Made by a program: the position numbers and the translations under genes
The notes under the pieces: model-generated
Databases searched by the model: none
What the model saw: only the letters and a program-made list of their open reading frames with translations
What the model was told of the DNA's origin: nothing
Part shown: piece by piece, positions 40,621-52,043 of the stretch
How positions within the stretch are numbered: position 1 is the stretch's first letter
How the letters are laid out: each line of letters begins with the position of its first letter
Source of the DNA: Yuukianura sp. NJ FZ-2021
Lineage: Eukaryota
Direction: 5' to 3'
Length of the DNA: 64,000 nt
NCBI GenBank assembly: GCA_046563655.1
Contig: CM102283.1
Location: 992,001-1,056,000, forward strand

Positions 40621-42363
40621 GATTCCATGTGAAATGGCCAAAACAATTTGGCCAAAAGTGAAAAGGTCAGAGGTGAAAACGCCAGAAGTGAAATGGCCAA
40701 AAAGTGAAATGGCCAGAAATGAAATGGCCAAAAAGTGAAAAGGCCAAAATATTTTTTTTTTTTTGGAGAGTTAATTGACATTAGCATTTAGCTTTATCAA
40801 CAGGGGTAGGGAATTTCTGGGTTGGGTTGAGGTCCTATGAGGTGGGGCGGTGGTACAGTCAGATAGTTGGCGAGAAGTTCTGAGGGAAGGACGAAAGGCT
40901 TTCTGCTAGAGCTGAACGGGCTAGGGCCCTACCACATATCACAGCTCCAGGCAAGTGACAGGAACAGCATCGTACGCATACCGGCCCACGACCCCCCTTC
41001 ACAACAGCAACTACTGACCTCTTCACACGCACCCATAACCCCCCCAAACTGACCTATCATCCGAACACCCCATCTGGGCTAGGAAAGTGGAAAAACCATT
41101 TCTGGAAAACGACTTTCGTGTCGGCGACGCCGGGACTCGAACCCGCGCCCGTCCAAGGTGTTAGTAGGATAGAGCCGGAGCTCTAGTCCCCCCGGCCTAC
41201 GGGCCTTGGACTAAAAGGCCAAAATATAAAAACGCCAAAAAGAAAATGGCCAAAAAGTGAAGTGGCCAGAAAGTGAAAACGCCAAAAAGTGAAAAGGCCA
41301 AAATGGCAAAAGGCCAAAAAAGTGAAAAGGCCAGAACATGAAATGGCCAAAAAGTGAAAAGGCCAGAATTTAAAAACCCCAAAATTTTTGCAGTTAAAAT
41401 TTTTATGAGAGATTTTTTTTTTCACAAATATTTCAAATGTCTTATTATTATCACTGGAATTCTGTGCTCTCAGGAAGAGACAAAAATTTCAGGAAAAAAA
41501 AAACAACCGCTAATGCTTCAGTTTCAAAGCAAAAAAAAAACTTTTTGGAGTAAAATCAGTACATAAACAACCAGAACGTTAGTGAAAATGTAAAAACGTC
41601 TAAATCTGGTAGACTGCGACTGTTTTAAATTTGGTTTAATCTTTTTCGGACATATCCTAAGTTCATCCAGAACGATTGCATCGTATTCATCATAAGTGTA
41701 ATAAACAAATACATATTTATATTTTTTTAATGTTTAAAGTTTCATTGCAAGTTAAGTTCTAATTTTCAGTAACAATGCCGCTCGAATTCTTGGAATCACA
41801 AAAAGGGAAGCAGTTGTTACTACACAACGGACACACTTTTTATACCAGAGTTAGACGTTTTCAAATTTACACTAAAGTTCTGTTTGTTTATGTACTGATT
41901 TTCCTTCAAAAAGTTTTTTTTCTTTTTTTTTCTTTAAAACTGAAGCATTAGCGGTTGTTTTTTTTTCTGAAATTTTTGTCTCTTCCTGAAAGCACAGAAT
42001 TCCAGTGATAATAATAAGACATTTGAAATATTTGTGGAAAAAAAATCCCTCATAAAAATTTTAACTGCAAAATTTTTGGGTTTTTTTTTAATTCTGGCCT
42101 TTTCACTTTTTGGCCATTTCACATTCTGGCCTTTTCACTTTTTCGGCCTTTTGCCATTTTGGCCTTTTCACTTTTTGGCGTTTTCACTTTCTGGCCATTT
42201 CACTTTTTGGCCATTTTCTTTTTGGCCATTTTCTTTTTGGCGTTTTCATATTTTGGCCTTTTCACTTTTTGGCCATTTTATTTCTGGCCATTTCACTTCT
42301 GGCGTTTTCACCTCTGACCTTTTCGCTTTTGGCCAAATTGTTTTGGCCAATTCACCTGCTACG
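40621..42363. mobile_element. Foldback (MULE-like) non-autonomous element with modular TIRs
   Basis: Arms at about 40621-41610 and 41842-42363 are inverted and built of ~15-bp AAATGGCCAAAAAGTG subrepeats. Flanked by 8-bp direct repeat TCTAATTG (40613-40620 and 42364-42371). Confidence 0.85.
40753..41212 (-). mobile_element. tRNA-derived SINE with poly(A) tail
   Basis: Minus-strand head with A-box-like TAGGCCGGGGGG and B-box GGTTCGAGTCCC (41132-41143), poly(A) at 40752-40764, 15-bp TSD AAAAGGCCAAAATAT (40738-40752 and 41213-41227). Confidence 0.85.
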
Positions 42364-42607
42364 TCTAATTGAGGGGATCAACATTGATATATAACCATAT
42401 GGGTCTGTGACCCCTCCAAGGGGGTCAAAGCTGGGATAAAACGTAAACATCCCAACATACAGTGCATTGTTTGGAAGCCGTCTATCCAATGCTAAGACCA
42501 TGACATGGAGGCTAAGCCAGTTGACTTGACACTTGGGGGGGGGGGGCGGAAAAGTGGGGGAACCCACGCCCCGTTCAGTATGCTTTAGAAAACTGCCCTA
42601 TTGCTTC

Positions 42608-42800
42608 GGTTCCATGCCATTAGGCCCTAACTCTTTAGGCCCTCAGTACCGAAGTAGCAAAACTAGCCTAATCTTTTCAAAAAACCTAACCTAACCTAAC
42701 ATTAACTAGAATCAACAAGAAAATTCAAAAAAAAAAATCTTGAAATATATCAAAATAGTGAGTGAGGGCCTAAAGATTTAGGGCCTAATGGCGTGCTTCG
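42608..42800. mobile_element. Small MITE (about 190 bp) with CCTAA repeats
   Basis: TIR GCCATTAGGCCCTAA...TTAGGGCCTAATGGC, 8-9-bp TSD ATTGCTTC(G) at 42600 and 42801. Confidence 0.8.
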
Positions 42801-43173
42801 ATTGCTTCGCTATTATCATTATGGGCGGTACAACCGGTATATTTAGGATTGCAGTGGCCGGAAGTATATTTTACAACAAACTCAGTTTTGCAATAAAAAC
42901 ATACAACAAATTTCTGGTCTTTTCGCCTTTATTCAGAAGTTAGTGAAAGCCAAACCAAGGCTATGGGTTAAGTGTATTGTTTTTTGTAATGCTGGATAAC
43001 AATGATTTTAACGACATTTTGTTTATTTTTAGGCGAAGGAAAGCTACTAACCCAGTTTCAAAACTTCCGCGGTGTTATGCCGCTCCATATAATACTGGAG
43101 TACAACAGTCACTGCAAACTTTTGCTTTTTGGTTCACTGGCCTTTCTTTAAAAAAAACAGCATTCGATTCAAA

Positions 43174-44509
43174 ATGGCGCCACTTCCAAACGTTTTCGAA
43201 GACTTGAGACCCTTACGACTGAAAAAGTCGTCTACGGAACAAGAAGAGTCACCGACGCTGAAATTTGACTTAGTGACTTATCAACTGCGCAACTCTGATT
43301 CCGAAGTTTCTGAGCTTTCAGTGACAAGCGCCATGGAATTCTGTTTCAACGGCGGAACAGTGAGTAGAGGAACTGATGAAGCGACTATTGTCGGATCATT
43401 TCCACTGTTTCTTCAACCGGGTCAGATGAAGGCACAGGACATGGATTGCTTGGCCCATGCGCGTTCCGAGGAGGAACTCGATCATTGGCTCAACAAATCG
43501 GGAGTAGCCGAAGGATCCCGAATCTGGAACAAGGCCCACAATGCTCAAATTCCACTCAAAACGGCGTTTCTACTGCCAGGAATGAACTTGGAAGATGGAA
43601 AGGAGCTGCTCGTGATACATCTTTTACAACTTGTTCTTGGTAAGATCTGAATAATTAATTATAGTACATTATAATAAATTGAAACTAATCAAAATTACAG
43701 CTAATACATTAAAATTTTGGGAAACAACAGAGGACGCTTTTGAGCAGTACAAAGCAGGCGGCGTTAACTTTGATGAATTTATGGATGTAAGCAATACGAT
43801 CGTTTCGATTTGCCTGGGGGAAAACTACGACCAAGACTTTGGCGCCAAAACGACATTTCCCAACTTCGCCGTTGTAAATATGTTGTGTCAAAAGTTACGC
43901 GGGATGTTTGAAATTCGTGGACTGGAAGCCGCGAAGTACGTTATCTTCGATTTCATTGAATTCATCGAAACAAGCTTCTGGGAATTGGATGAATGGTGGG
44001 CCGACTGTCCATCGTACAAGGCTCGTCCTAAGACGTTCTACTTTATGCGCAAAGAAAAGACGCATGGACTCAAAACTGTGATTGAACTTGTGTGTTTTCT
44101 AGAAGGAGTGACCATTCTACCCAAAGTCAGGCGAGATCCGCTTTTCGAACTTATGAAACGACTGTTGACCAAGGTTGTTGTCTCAGTCGAAGCAGTTTTG
44201 TCTCTGCGCAAGGCTATTGAAGACAACGTCACGGACAACTGTGTATTGCTACGCACACGGAAAAAGACGTTGCACGAAGCTCTTAAACGCACTCTTGTCC
44301 AAATTCGTGAAACGATTCAAGATTTTGCTGCTTTCGAAACCCAGCTGAACATAAAATTTGAAGGAACGAAGTGCCTGGAAGGGTTTCAAAAATTTTGTTT
44401 CATTGGAAAGGCGCTGGTTGATGCTCAAATTCAGTATTTACTGGTATCAAAAATTCATGGAGATTTTGATGTTGTGGTTGAGCTAAATTTGGAAAAACTC
44501 GACGGCTAA
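43174..44509 (+). CDS. Uncharacterised protein of about 425 aa, 2 coding exons
   Basis: MAPLPNVFEDL...; intron at about 43640-43700 joins the two long ORFs in frame; no family recognised. Confidence 0.75.
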
Positions 44510-44953
44510 ACCCTATATATGTAAAACAAGATGAAAATTCAAGTCTAAGGTTCATTTTTCAGTGTCAATTGATATCAAAATTTTCAGAATAGACATGAAA
44601 TTCAGACAATGCGCAATTGAGATAAAGAGAGATTCGATTAATGCAGAACGTTAGTTAGAATTAAGATAAGATAAATTTTTATTGGCCAAAAACCACTGGA
44701 ACGCGTGGCACACTTCAACAGCATCAGAATCCAAAATGGCCGCCAAAAATTGTCAATGAAAGTGAAATTGTTCAATGTTGAACTTGCAATGTATTTTTGA
44801 AAATTTTGATGAAAATTTGAAAAGGAAACGAAATAAATCAGCTCGGCATGTAGTCAAATGTCACGATTTATCTGATTTATTGAGTACGTTTCTGGTTAGA
44901 TCATTTTTTTTAGTACAATTTAGAATTTTAAAAACATGTTCAAATTTTGAGAA

Positions 44954-45346
44954 TTATTGACCAAGGAGAGCGTATGTCTTGGTTGCCAGAGCAACGACGA
45001 CGGTCATGTTTTCGTCCAACCTGGCTCGGATCTTGGCTCGGACGGCTTCCGGAAGCTTCTCAACCGTTGGTTTCAAGTGTTCACGCGTCTTTTGCTGGTT
45101 GGCCTTCAACTTCTCAACGTGAGCCTTGGCTCCATCGACTGTCAGCGTCTTGGCTTCGATCTCCTTGGCAACAGCAGCCAAGATCTCCAGAGAGTGCGGT
45201 ACATTGGCAGCGATGTACTCGGCAATTTCGGTTCCGATCTTCTCGTCAGCATTGCTGGCTTCCTCGATGACGAAATCCAGAGTCTCCTTGACCTTTGGTC
45301 GGATTTGACTAACTTCGTTGTTAACGGCAACCCAGTCAATAGCCAT
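44954..45346 (-). CDS. Intronless 130-aa amphipathic alpha-helical protein
   Basis: Clean ORF with GCCATGG start context, GC-richer codons than its surroundings, TATAAAA at about 45431-45437. Confidence 0.8.
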   Translation of the reverse strand: MAIDWVAVNNEVSQIRPKVKETLDFVIEEASNADEKIGTEIAEYIAANVPHSLEILAAVAKEIEAKTLTVDGAKAHVEKLKANQQKTREHLKPTVEKLPEAVRAKIRARLDENMTVVVALATKTYALLGQ

Positions 45347-46744
45347 GGCGAGAAGAGGAGGTGAAGTTGGCGGGAATTTTCAAAATTGAACAGAAAGTTG
45401 AAAGTGACGGACACAACCTTCCGGAGCCCATTTTATATCCAGCGGAGTGCAGCCTCTAGTGAACTGCTGCGTTGGTAATCGCATGACAATGTCACACGGA
45501 GAGACAGAGGCCACTTTCCAAAGTCTTATCATGTGACGATAGGCGATCAACCGATGTGTTTAACACTAGGTGTGAGTTGTGAAAGAGGATGTTGCACCGG
45601 ACTCTTGACCTCTGACCTCACAGTCCAATAGAGAAAATGCACATGACAACATGACTTATTCCAAGAAGAAACTTGTTGACTCATGCGTCGCCGTGTCAGA
45701 AACAACAAAGTTCTTCAGTGAACAAAGAAGCGTCTGTTCAATGTTTTCAGTTTCAATGACTTTTGGAGAGTTTGTTGTCTGCCCTAAACAAATAGAAAAC
45801 GATGGGATTTCAAAAAAAGAAAAGAATTTTGAAAATAACAAAGAATCATCGGTTTTATCTTTTCATTCATTTGGATTTTGATTCATCAAACATGAATTTT
45901 GAATCTCAAAAATAACGGAAACTTGTTTTCTGAGTTAAAAAAAGTAAATGCGCAGATGAGTAATTAGTAATAAATCATCATTACAATTGAACAAAACATG
46001 AAAAGTTTGAGAATTTCTGGAAAAGTTAAAAAACGAAAAAGTTGGAACATTTGGAACCATGAAATTGCTAAAAGGGAAAGCCTGATATGTTGCAACATTT
46101 CTTAGAACAACTCAAAATTAAGAATCTGAAAATGTTACGACATTACTGAACAATTTATAAAATGTCGTAAGTGTTGAATTTTGATTGTTTCTGCCATACG
46201 GGCAAATTAGCCAACGGATAAAACCCAGCTTTTTTTTAAATAATGACTAGACATGACAAACAATTTTTAGCACACTTTTAGCGTTACCTGACTTGTTCTC
46301 GTCATGTGATTGAATTTGGACCACGTAGGCTGGAAAAGATAAGATAATTAGCCAAAAATTATCTGTCTATGACGCACTGCAATTTGCAATTTCGCAAACA
46401 TGCAGTAAATTCGCGAAACTGATTTCGGGTAATGTATTTCCAGGAAATAGCAAAATTAGTCAAGGTGCTTGTTTGCAATTGCAATCTACCCAGTCATTTT
46501 AAATTAGAAAAGTGAACAATTTCTGTTGATATCGCCGATTCTGTCGATGAGTCAAGCCTTTTTAGTAACTATCTAACTACGGTGTTTCCGCTTGCACAAA
46601 AGCCAAAGTGCGTGTGACCCCAGCGTACATTCAAGCAAAAATAAGACAAATCAGTGCCAACTTTGTCAAAAGTGTGACCTTTTAACCTCGACCTGAAAGT
46701 GATTTCTTCGTTTGAAAAATTTCTACGAACAACTTTTTGCAAAA

Positions 46745-48692
46745 ATGGCAACGCGTCTATTTTGTTTTATATTACTCGTTTTTGTAATTTTCGAATCTTT
46801 CCAAAATTTTGGAACTGTGGCGTCGGAAATTGATTCTCAGCCGAATACAAACCAACCAGTTTCACTGGACACAAAACTGATTTACGTTTTGGAAGGAACA
46901 AGTGTGAATATTGTGGCAAAAGCAGGAGAAGGAAGAGCAATTCAGTTTTGTCGGTGGGACGCCGTTAACAACTCAAAAGTGGGAACAAGCGGATTGATTT
47001 TTGTGAATGAAGATGACGACGTGCCCGGATTATCTGTAATGAAAATGCAGCAACCCGAAGAAAAAAGTTCAGAGGTCAAGGGCTACAACTCCTTTGGAGC
47101 AGGACTTAGCAATGGAGAGTGTGGCATCACTATTCAAAACATAACACAGGAGGATATCACTACTTGGAAGTATTTGTTGATTGAATTTAGCAAAACTGAT
47201 GGTGATCCAGTAGCCGTTACGAGAGATATTCGGTTGGAAACTGCTAGTAAGTTTAAATATTTAAGTAAAAACATTACTAAAAGTTTTATGTGTATATAGT
47301 TATAATTTAGCACAGAATTCATAATTTTTTGTTTTTAGTTGAGCCAACAAAGCCTCAAATTGAAAATAAAGAGCTTTTGAAAAAAATCAGCGAGTCATGG
47401 ACGAATGAAAATCCGTTAGCAATTTCGTGCTGTTCACAAAACGGAGTTCCGGCGCCACAACTTCAATTTATGTTAGGTAAGCTTTCGATAGACAAAATTT
47501 TTAGAAGCATGTTAGTCAAACATTCTCGATTTTTTTTTTAATTTCATCGTTTGAAAATTTGTAGATGAATCAAAACTGCCAATCGTGTCAGAACAGCTCC
47601 AAGATGGAAATAGTACAAAACAGTGCATTTCCACTGAAGTGAACTTGAACCGTCGTGACAATGGAAAAAGGCTGAAGTGCGTTTTGGAACATTTAACATT
47701 CAGTGGACAAGCGGAGGACTCGGCAGATGTAGAAGTCACTTGTGAGTTTTACCATGAGTTACATATTATATGAAAACAGAATTTCCTAAAATATGGTTAT
47801 TACCATGTACATAAATATTTTCTAGATAATAAATCGTGTTATTCTGTTTACAGTTGTTCCAGAAGTTGTCTCTGCTTTGACTTATCCAGGAAATGGAACA
47901 ATTGAAATACAGCTTCCGGCAGAGGAGAGTTCGGTAACGATTCGCTTTACGGGAAACCCTCAGCCAATTATCAGTTGGGAGCTGCAAAATCCAGTTTCTC
48001 AAAGCTTCGAGCCGGTTTTACCAAAACAGTTTTCCGTGAGGACGCTGAGCAACACGGAAGAAGTGAGTGATATTTTATAATTTTCTCCAGCATTCAGTTT
48101 TTTTTTCAATTTCACCTAACATTGCATTCACCTTTGACCTTTGACGTTTAGATGTTTGCATGGGACTCAATTTTGAGTTTTACTCCAGATGGAAGTTTAA
48201 ATTCCAGTAAAAGTTACACTTTCAAAATTGTTGCTACAAATGAAGTTGGGAGCGTCGAGATCTTTGTAGTGGCAAACCAAATCTTTACTCCTACGATCAT
48301 ACACATCCAAGGTAAGATATCCACACACACACACACATATTTTTAAATGCGCAATTTAAATAACTTGTTTAACTAATTTTCTCTTTAACCTTTTTTTACG
48401 GATTATTTATCATTTTTACACAATGTGCAAATTCATGTTGAAACTATATAAAACTACTTCAGTGGATTACTAAATGTACTTTTTTTTAATTTCAGAAGCG
48501 TTTAACTTGACGTGGGTGTTGATTCCACTAATTACGGCGTTAATTTTAATTATTTTGGTTATAATCTTCTTAATCTTGGCGAGAGCCAATGGATGGGCGT
48601 GTTGGAGGCAGCATGTAGCAGTTTACTACACGCAGGAGAAAGGTAAGGATCTCGTATACAATCCTGTCATGACCACAACAGACTACGCGTGA
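46745..48692 (+). CDS. Fasciclin-3-like Ig-superfamily type I membrane protein
   Basis: Signal peptide, Ig motifs (GLSNGECGITI, CCSQNGVPAPQL, LKCVLEH, FTGNPQP), TM segment LIPLITALILIILVIIFLIL, short tail ending TDYA. Confidence 0.75.
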
Positions 48693-48895
48693 ACGTAAAA
48701 CACCGCTTAAAAATTTTCAAAAACATTTTTTTTTAGTTTTTATAAAATTAGTTTCTCTGTACGCCATTCCATAAACATTAGTGTTTTATTTAACTTGTGT
48801 TGTATTTTATTTTAAGTTTCCAGCAACTTATAATTATTTTTCTAATATATTATAGATTATGAACGAAACATAGTTTCTAAAAAAATATTATTAAT

Positions 48896-49360
48896 ATTGT
48901 AGTGAAAATGGCCTTTTAGGCCTAAAAGAAAAAGAAACAACACACTACAAGTTTTAGGTTCTCCGCTTGGTGCGGAGTTGAATGAACTTTTTTTATTCAA
49001 AGTTAAAATGAAAATGTGAAAAGCACAGTTTGACCTCGCAGAGGTCAAACTGGCGAGTTGTAGAAAAGTCTTCTGTCCAAGCGGAGCAGAAGGTAGAAGT
49101 TGAATGAATCTTTGTACAGACAGGGCTGGGTCCTTTTATAGGGCCCCAGCCGGAAACCACAGGGAGTTACAAGTTACTCCTAATTATCATATTTGTCAAG
49201 TAAAGTCTATTTTTACACACAATGTCAGTGACCTAACTAGTACAATCCGGTTTCTAGTTTACATTTTTACAAAAAGACAAAAGATACTAATTAGAAGATT
49301 TGCATGTTTCGATTATGTGAAGTTGGAGTCGCGCTGAGTTGGAACGGTCATTTCATGACA
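48896..49360 (-). repeat. Duplicated TATA-containing hairpin unit, copy 1 (candidate ncRNA gene)
   Basis: Direct repeat of 51191-51644; minus-strand TATAAAAG, TCATTC Inr-like motif, hairpins, AATAAA. Confidence 0.85.
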
Positions 49361-51190
49361 TTCCTCCCTCCTGAGAGTAAGAACTCTCCTGAGTTCGTTC
49401 GGAGTTTGACATGGAGGGAGTCCAGTGCATCAGCGGGCTCCAAGTTCACCTAAAAATAAAAATAAAATTAAGTAAAATTTAAAAATTATGAAAAGAAAAA
49501 TGCATAAAAGAAATTTTGTATTATGGGGTCAAAGGTCAAGGGACAGCCTTTTGCAAATTGCAAAAGGTCAAAGGACAACTTACCGGACATACCGTGGTGT
49601 AGTCACCCATTGTCAACTTTTGTCCCAAGACTGTTCCGAAGGTTCGATGACCTTGTTTTTGGTGAGGTGAAGGAAACGTTTTTAAGCTTTTCAGCTTGGT
49701 CTTTTATAGGTAGTTTCTGTTTCCTTTTTGGAATTTTAAATTTTTGACATGATTTTGAATTTTGGAGTTAAAAATGAATCTTTTTGCAACTTTTTGTAAA
49801 ACAAATTTATTTTTCATGAAAACAACATGTCGCACCATTTAACTCTGCAGTTCGATCGCTTTCGCCGACTGCTTTTTGAGCAATTTCAATGGTTGCGCAT
49901 AAGGAGATCATGATTTTAGTTTTTGTTTTAAACAATCAGATGCAATTAGGATGACAATTATTACTTGAATTTGAGCAACTTTTGAAGTTCCTGCAGTTTC
50001 AACAAATCTCAGAGGTTAATTTTCGCACTGAAAATCTTTCTTTAACATGTACTTGTGAAACTGGGATTGACTTACTAAAAGTTAACAACAAATTTCAGCG
50101 GTAATTCGGTTCCAAATGTGTAATTTTAATTGATTTACACTGTTTTGTTTACCCAAGTCAGTTCGAATCAGCATTTTGACTTCATGTCCCTCCATATTTA
50201 GAACCCTACATATTGAGTCCATTGATGGATTTTGGGCTTTGAGCCATTTGCTTGATTTTTAGGAAACATGACTGGGCAAACTTACCAGTTTTGTTTTAAT
50301 CAGTTTGAAATCAAGGGAATTGCGACAAATCTCGGTAAGATTTTGAAGTAAGAATGCAAATTTTAGAAATCATTTCATCTTCTGAATTTGGTTTTTGAAT
50401 TTGACTTCTGTTTCTGTGTTTATTCTGAAATTACAGAATATTCAAGATAAAGGGCATTTTGCCCATGAAAGTTTTTCTCAATTTTTACAGTCAAATGTTT
50501 TTGTACTTGAAATTTTCTAATTTCAGATAATTTGCATGATTATCTGACTTGAGAATTCTGTTTTGGATTTAAAAGCTACTTTTGTTTTCTGACTTTTGAG
50601 TTTTAACAAACTCAAAAAGAATGTTTTTTTTTGTATGGGGTCAATCAAGGTCACTGCAATGCTGAACGCATTGCATACCTTCCCTTCCTTTGTTTTTGTT
50701 TTTGTTTTGTTTTTTTTATAAATTTTGAAATTTGACCTCATCGGGGTCAAAAGGAATTATTTTGATTTGACCTTCATCAAGGTCGACGTGATTTTTCAAA
50801 ATTTTCTCGTATTTGACCTCTTAGGGGTCAAACAAATTTGTTTTTTCGACTTGACCTTTCAAGGTCAATACAATTTTTGTAAAAAATAAAAATTTGACCT
50901 TACGTGACCTCAGGGTCAACGTAATTCCTTCAGGAATTTTGTTCATGATTAGTGACCTTTGGTCACTAATTCAGTATTTTCTCCCTCCATCACAAGATGA
51001 AGGTTTGGAACAGCAATGTGCTGTCCAAAGCACTTGATGCACACGCATCCAACCTCAGGTCAACAGGTCAACGTTCTTTTGCCCTGCCTCACGAAGAGGC
51101 ACAGAACGGACCACCGCCACGAGGTTTTTCCTCTCTGGGTCAACACAAGTGTTGGCCCAGAGGTCATGGGTTCGCATATCTCGTCCACCA

Positions 51191-51644
51191 ATTGTAGTGA
51201 AAATGGCCTTTTAGGCCTAAAAGAAAAAGAGTCAACACTACAAAGTTTGTTTTGCCTTCCGTGGTGGAAGGTAGAAATGAACTTTTTATTTTCAAAAGTT
51301 AAATGTGAAATTCAGTTTGACCTCGCAGAGGTCAAACTGACGAGTAGTAAAGTCTCCTGCTCCAAGCAGAGCAGAAGGAAGAAGTGTAATGAATGTTTGT
51401 ACAGACAGGGCTGGGTCCTTTTATAGGGCCCCAGCCGGAAACCACAGGAGTTACAAGTTACTCCTAATTAGAATATTTGTCAAGTAAAGTCTATTTTTAC
51501 ACACAATGTCAGTGACCTAACTAGTACAATCCGGTTTCTAGTTTACATTTTTACAAAAAGACAAAAGATACTAATTAGAAGATTTGCATGTTTCGATTAT
51601 GTGAAGTTGGAGTCGCGCTGAGTTGGAACGGTCATTTCATGACA
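51191..51644 (-). repeat. Duplicated TATA-containing hairpin unit, copy 2 (candidate ncRNA gene)
   Basis: Direct repeat of 48896-49360; right half nearly identical, left half diverged. Confidence 0.85.
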
Positions 51645-52043
51645 ATATATTACGCTGTTGAATAAATTTAAAAAAAAAAGGAGCAAGTGCTATAGTGTAA
51701 GTGGTTTTGTGCCACCTAATCAGCATCAGAATCGAACTGATTAGCATGGGAATAACCTTAATCTTCCTTATTCAACCATCCACCACTGAAACCAGTACCA
51801 AAAGATTCATTTGGAAGGTGATGTAGCATTCACACCTTTTAACTCTACTTTCTAAGGTTCTAGGGATGTGATTTTTTTTGAAAAAGGTTTTTCAAACATA
51901 GTCAATTTTCAAAATCTATTTTAAAACTTATTTTATTTTGGGATACAACACGAGGTAAGTTGTTTTTTCGGAGGGTCGGGACTAAATGCGTAAGTTTTAT
52001 GGATTCATGTGACTGTACTCGTCAGCATTCGAGAGTAGATCTT

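Larger units (their letters stand above)
40360..42590 (+). mobile_element. Helitron/Helentron-like element interrupted by a foldback element
   Basis: 5' part has a (CTGT)n microsatellite followed by ATCTCGGAAACTACTGAACCGA; the sequence resumes after 42371. Boundaries approximate. Confidence 0.45.

Noticed and set aside
41120-41212. tRNA gene
   Set aside because: No clean cloverleaf; it is attached to a body, an A-tail and a TSD, so it is a SINE head.
41183-42394. Phe/Trp-rich ORFs (FWPFHFLA repeats)
   Set aside because: Artefacts of the foldback subrepeats.
49128-49147. Histone stem-loop-like GGTCCTTTTATAGGGCC (also at about 51414)
   Set aside because: The loop is 5 nt rather than 4 and there is no upstream histone ORF; better explained as a minus-strand TATA box.
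50730-50970. CRISPR-like repeat-spacer appearance
   Set aside because: Repeats are degenerate, spacers are low-complexity, the context is eukaryotic and there are no cas genes.
51338-51370. Hammerhead-like CTGACGA followed by a stem
   Set aside because: The required GAAA after stem II is missing, and copy 1 has CTGGCGA.
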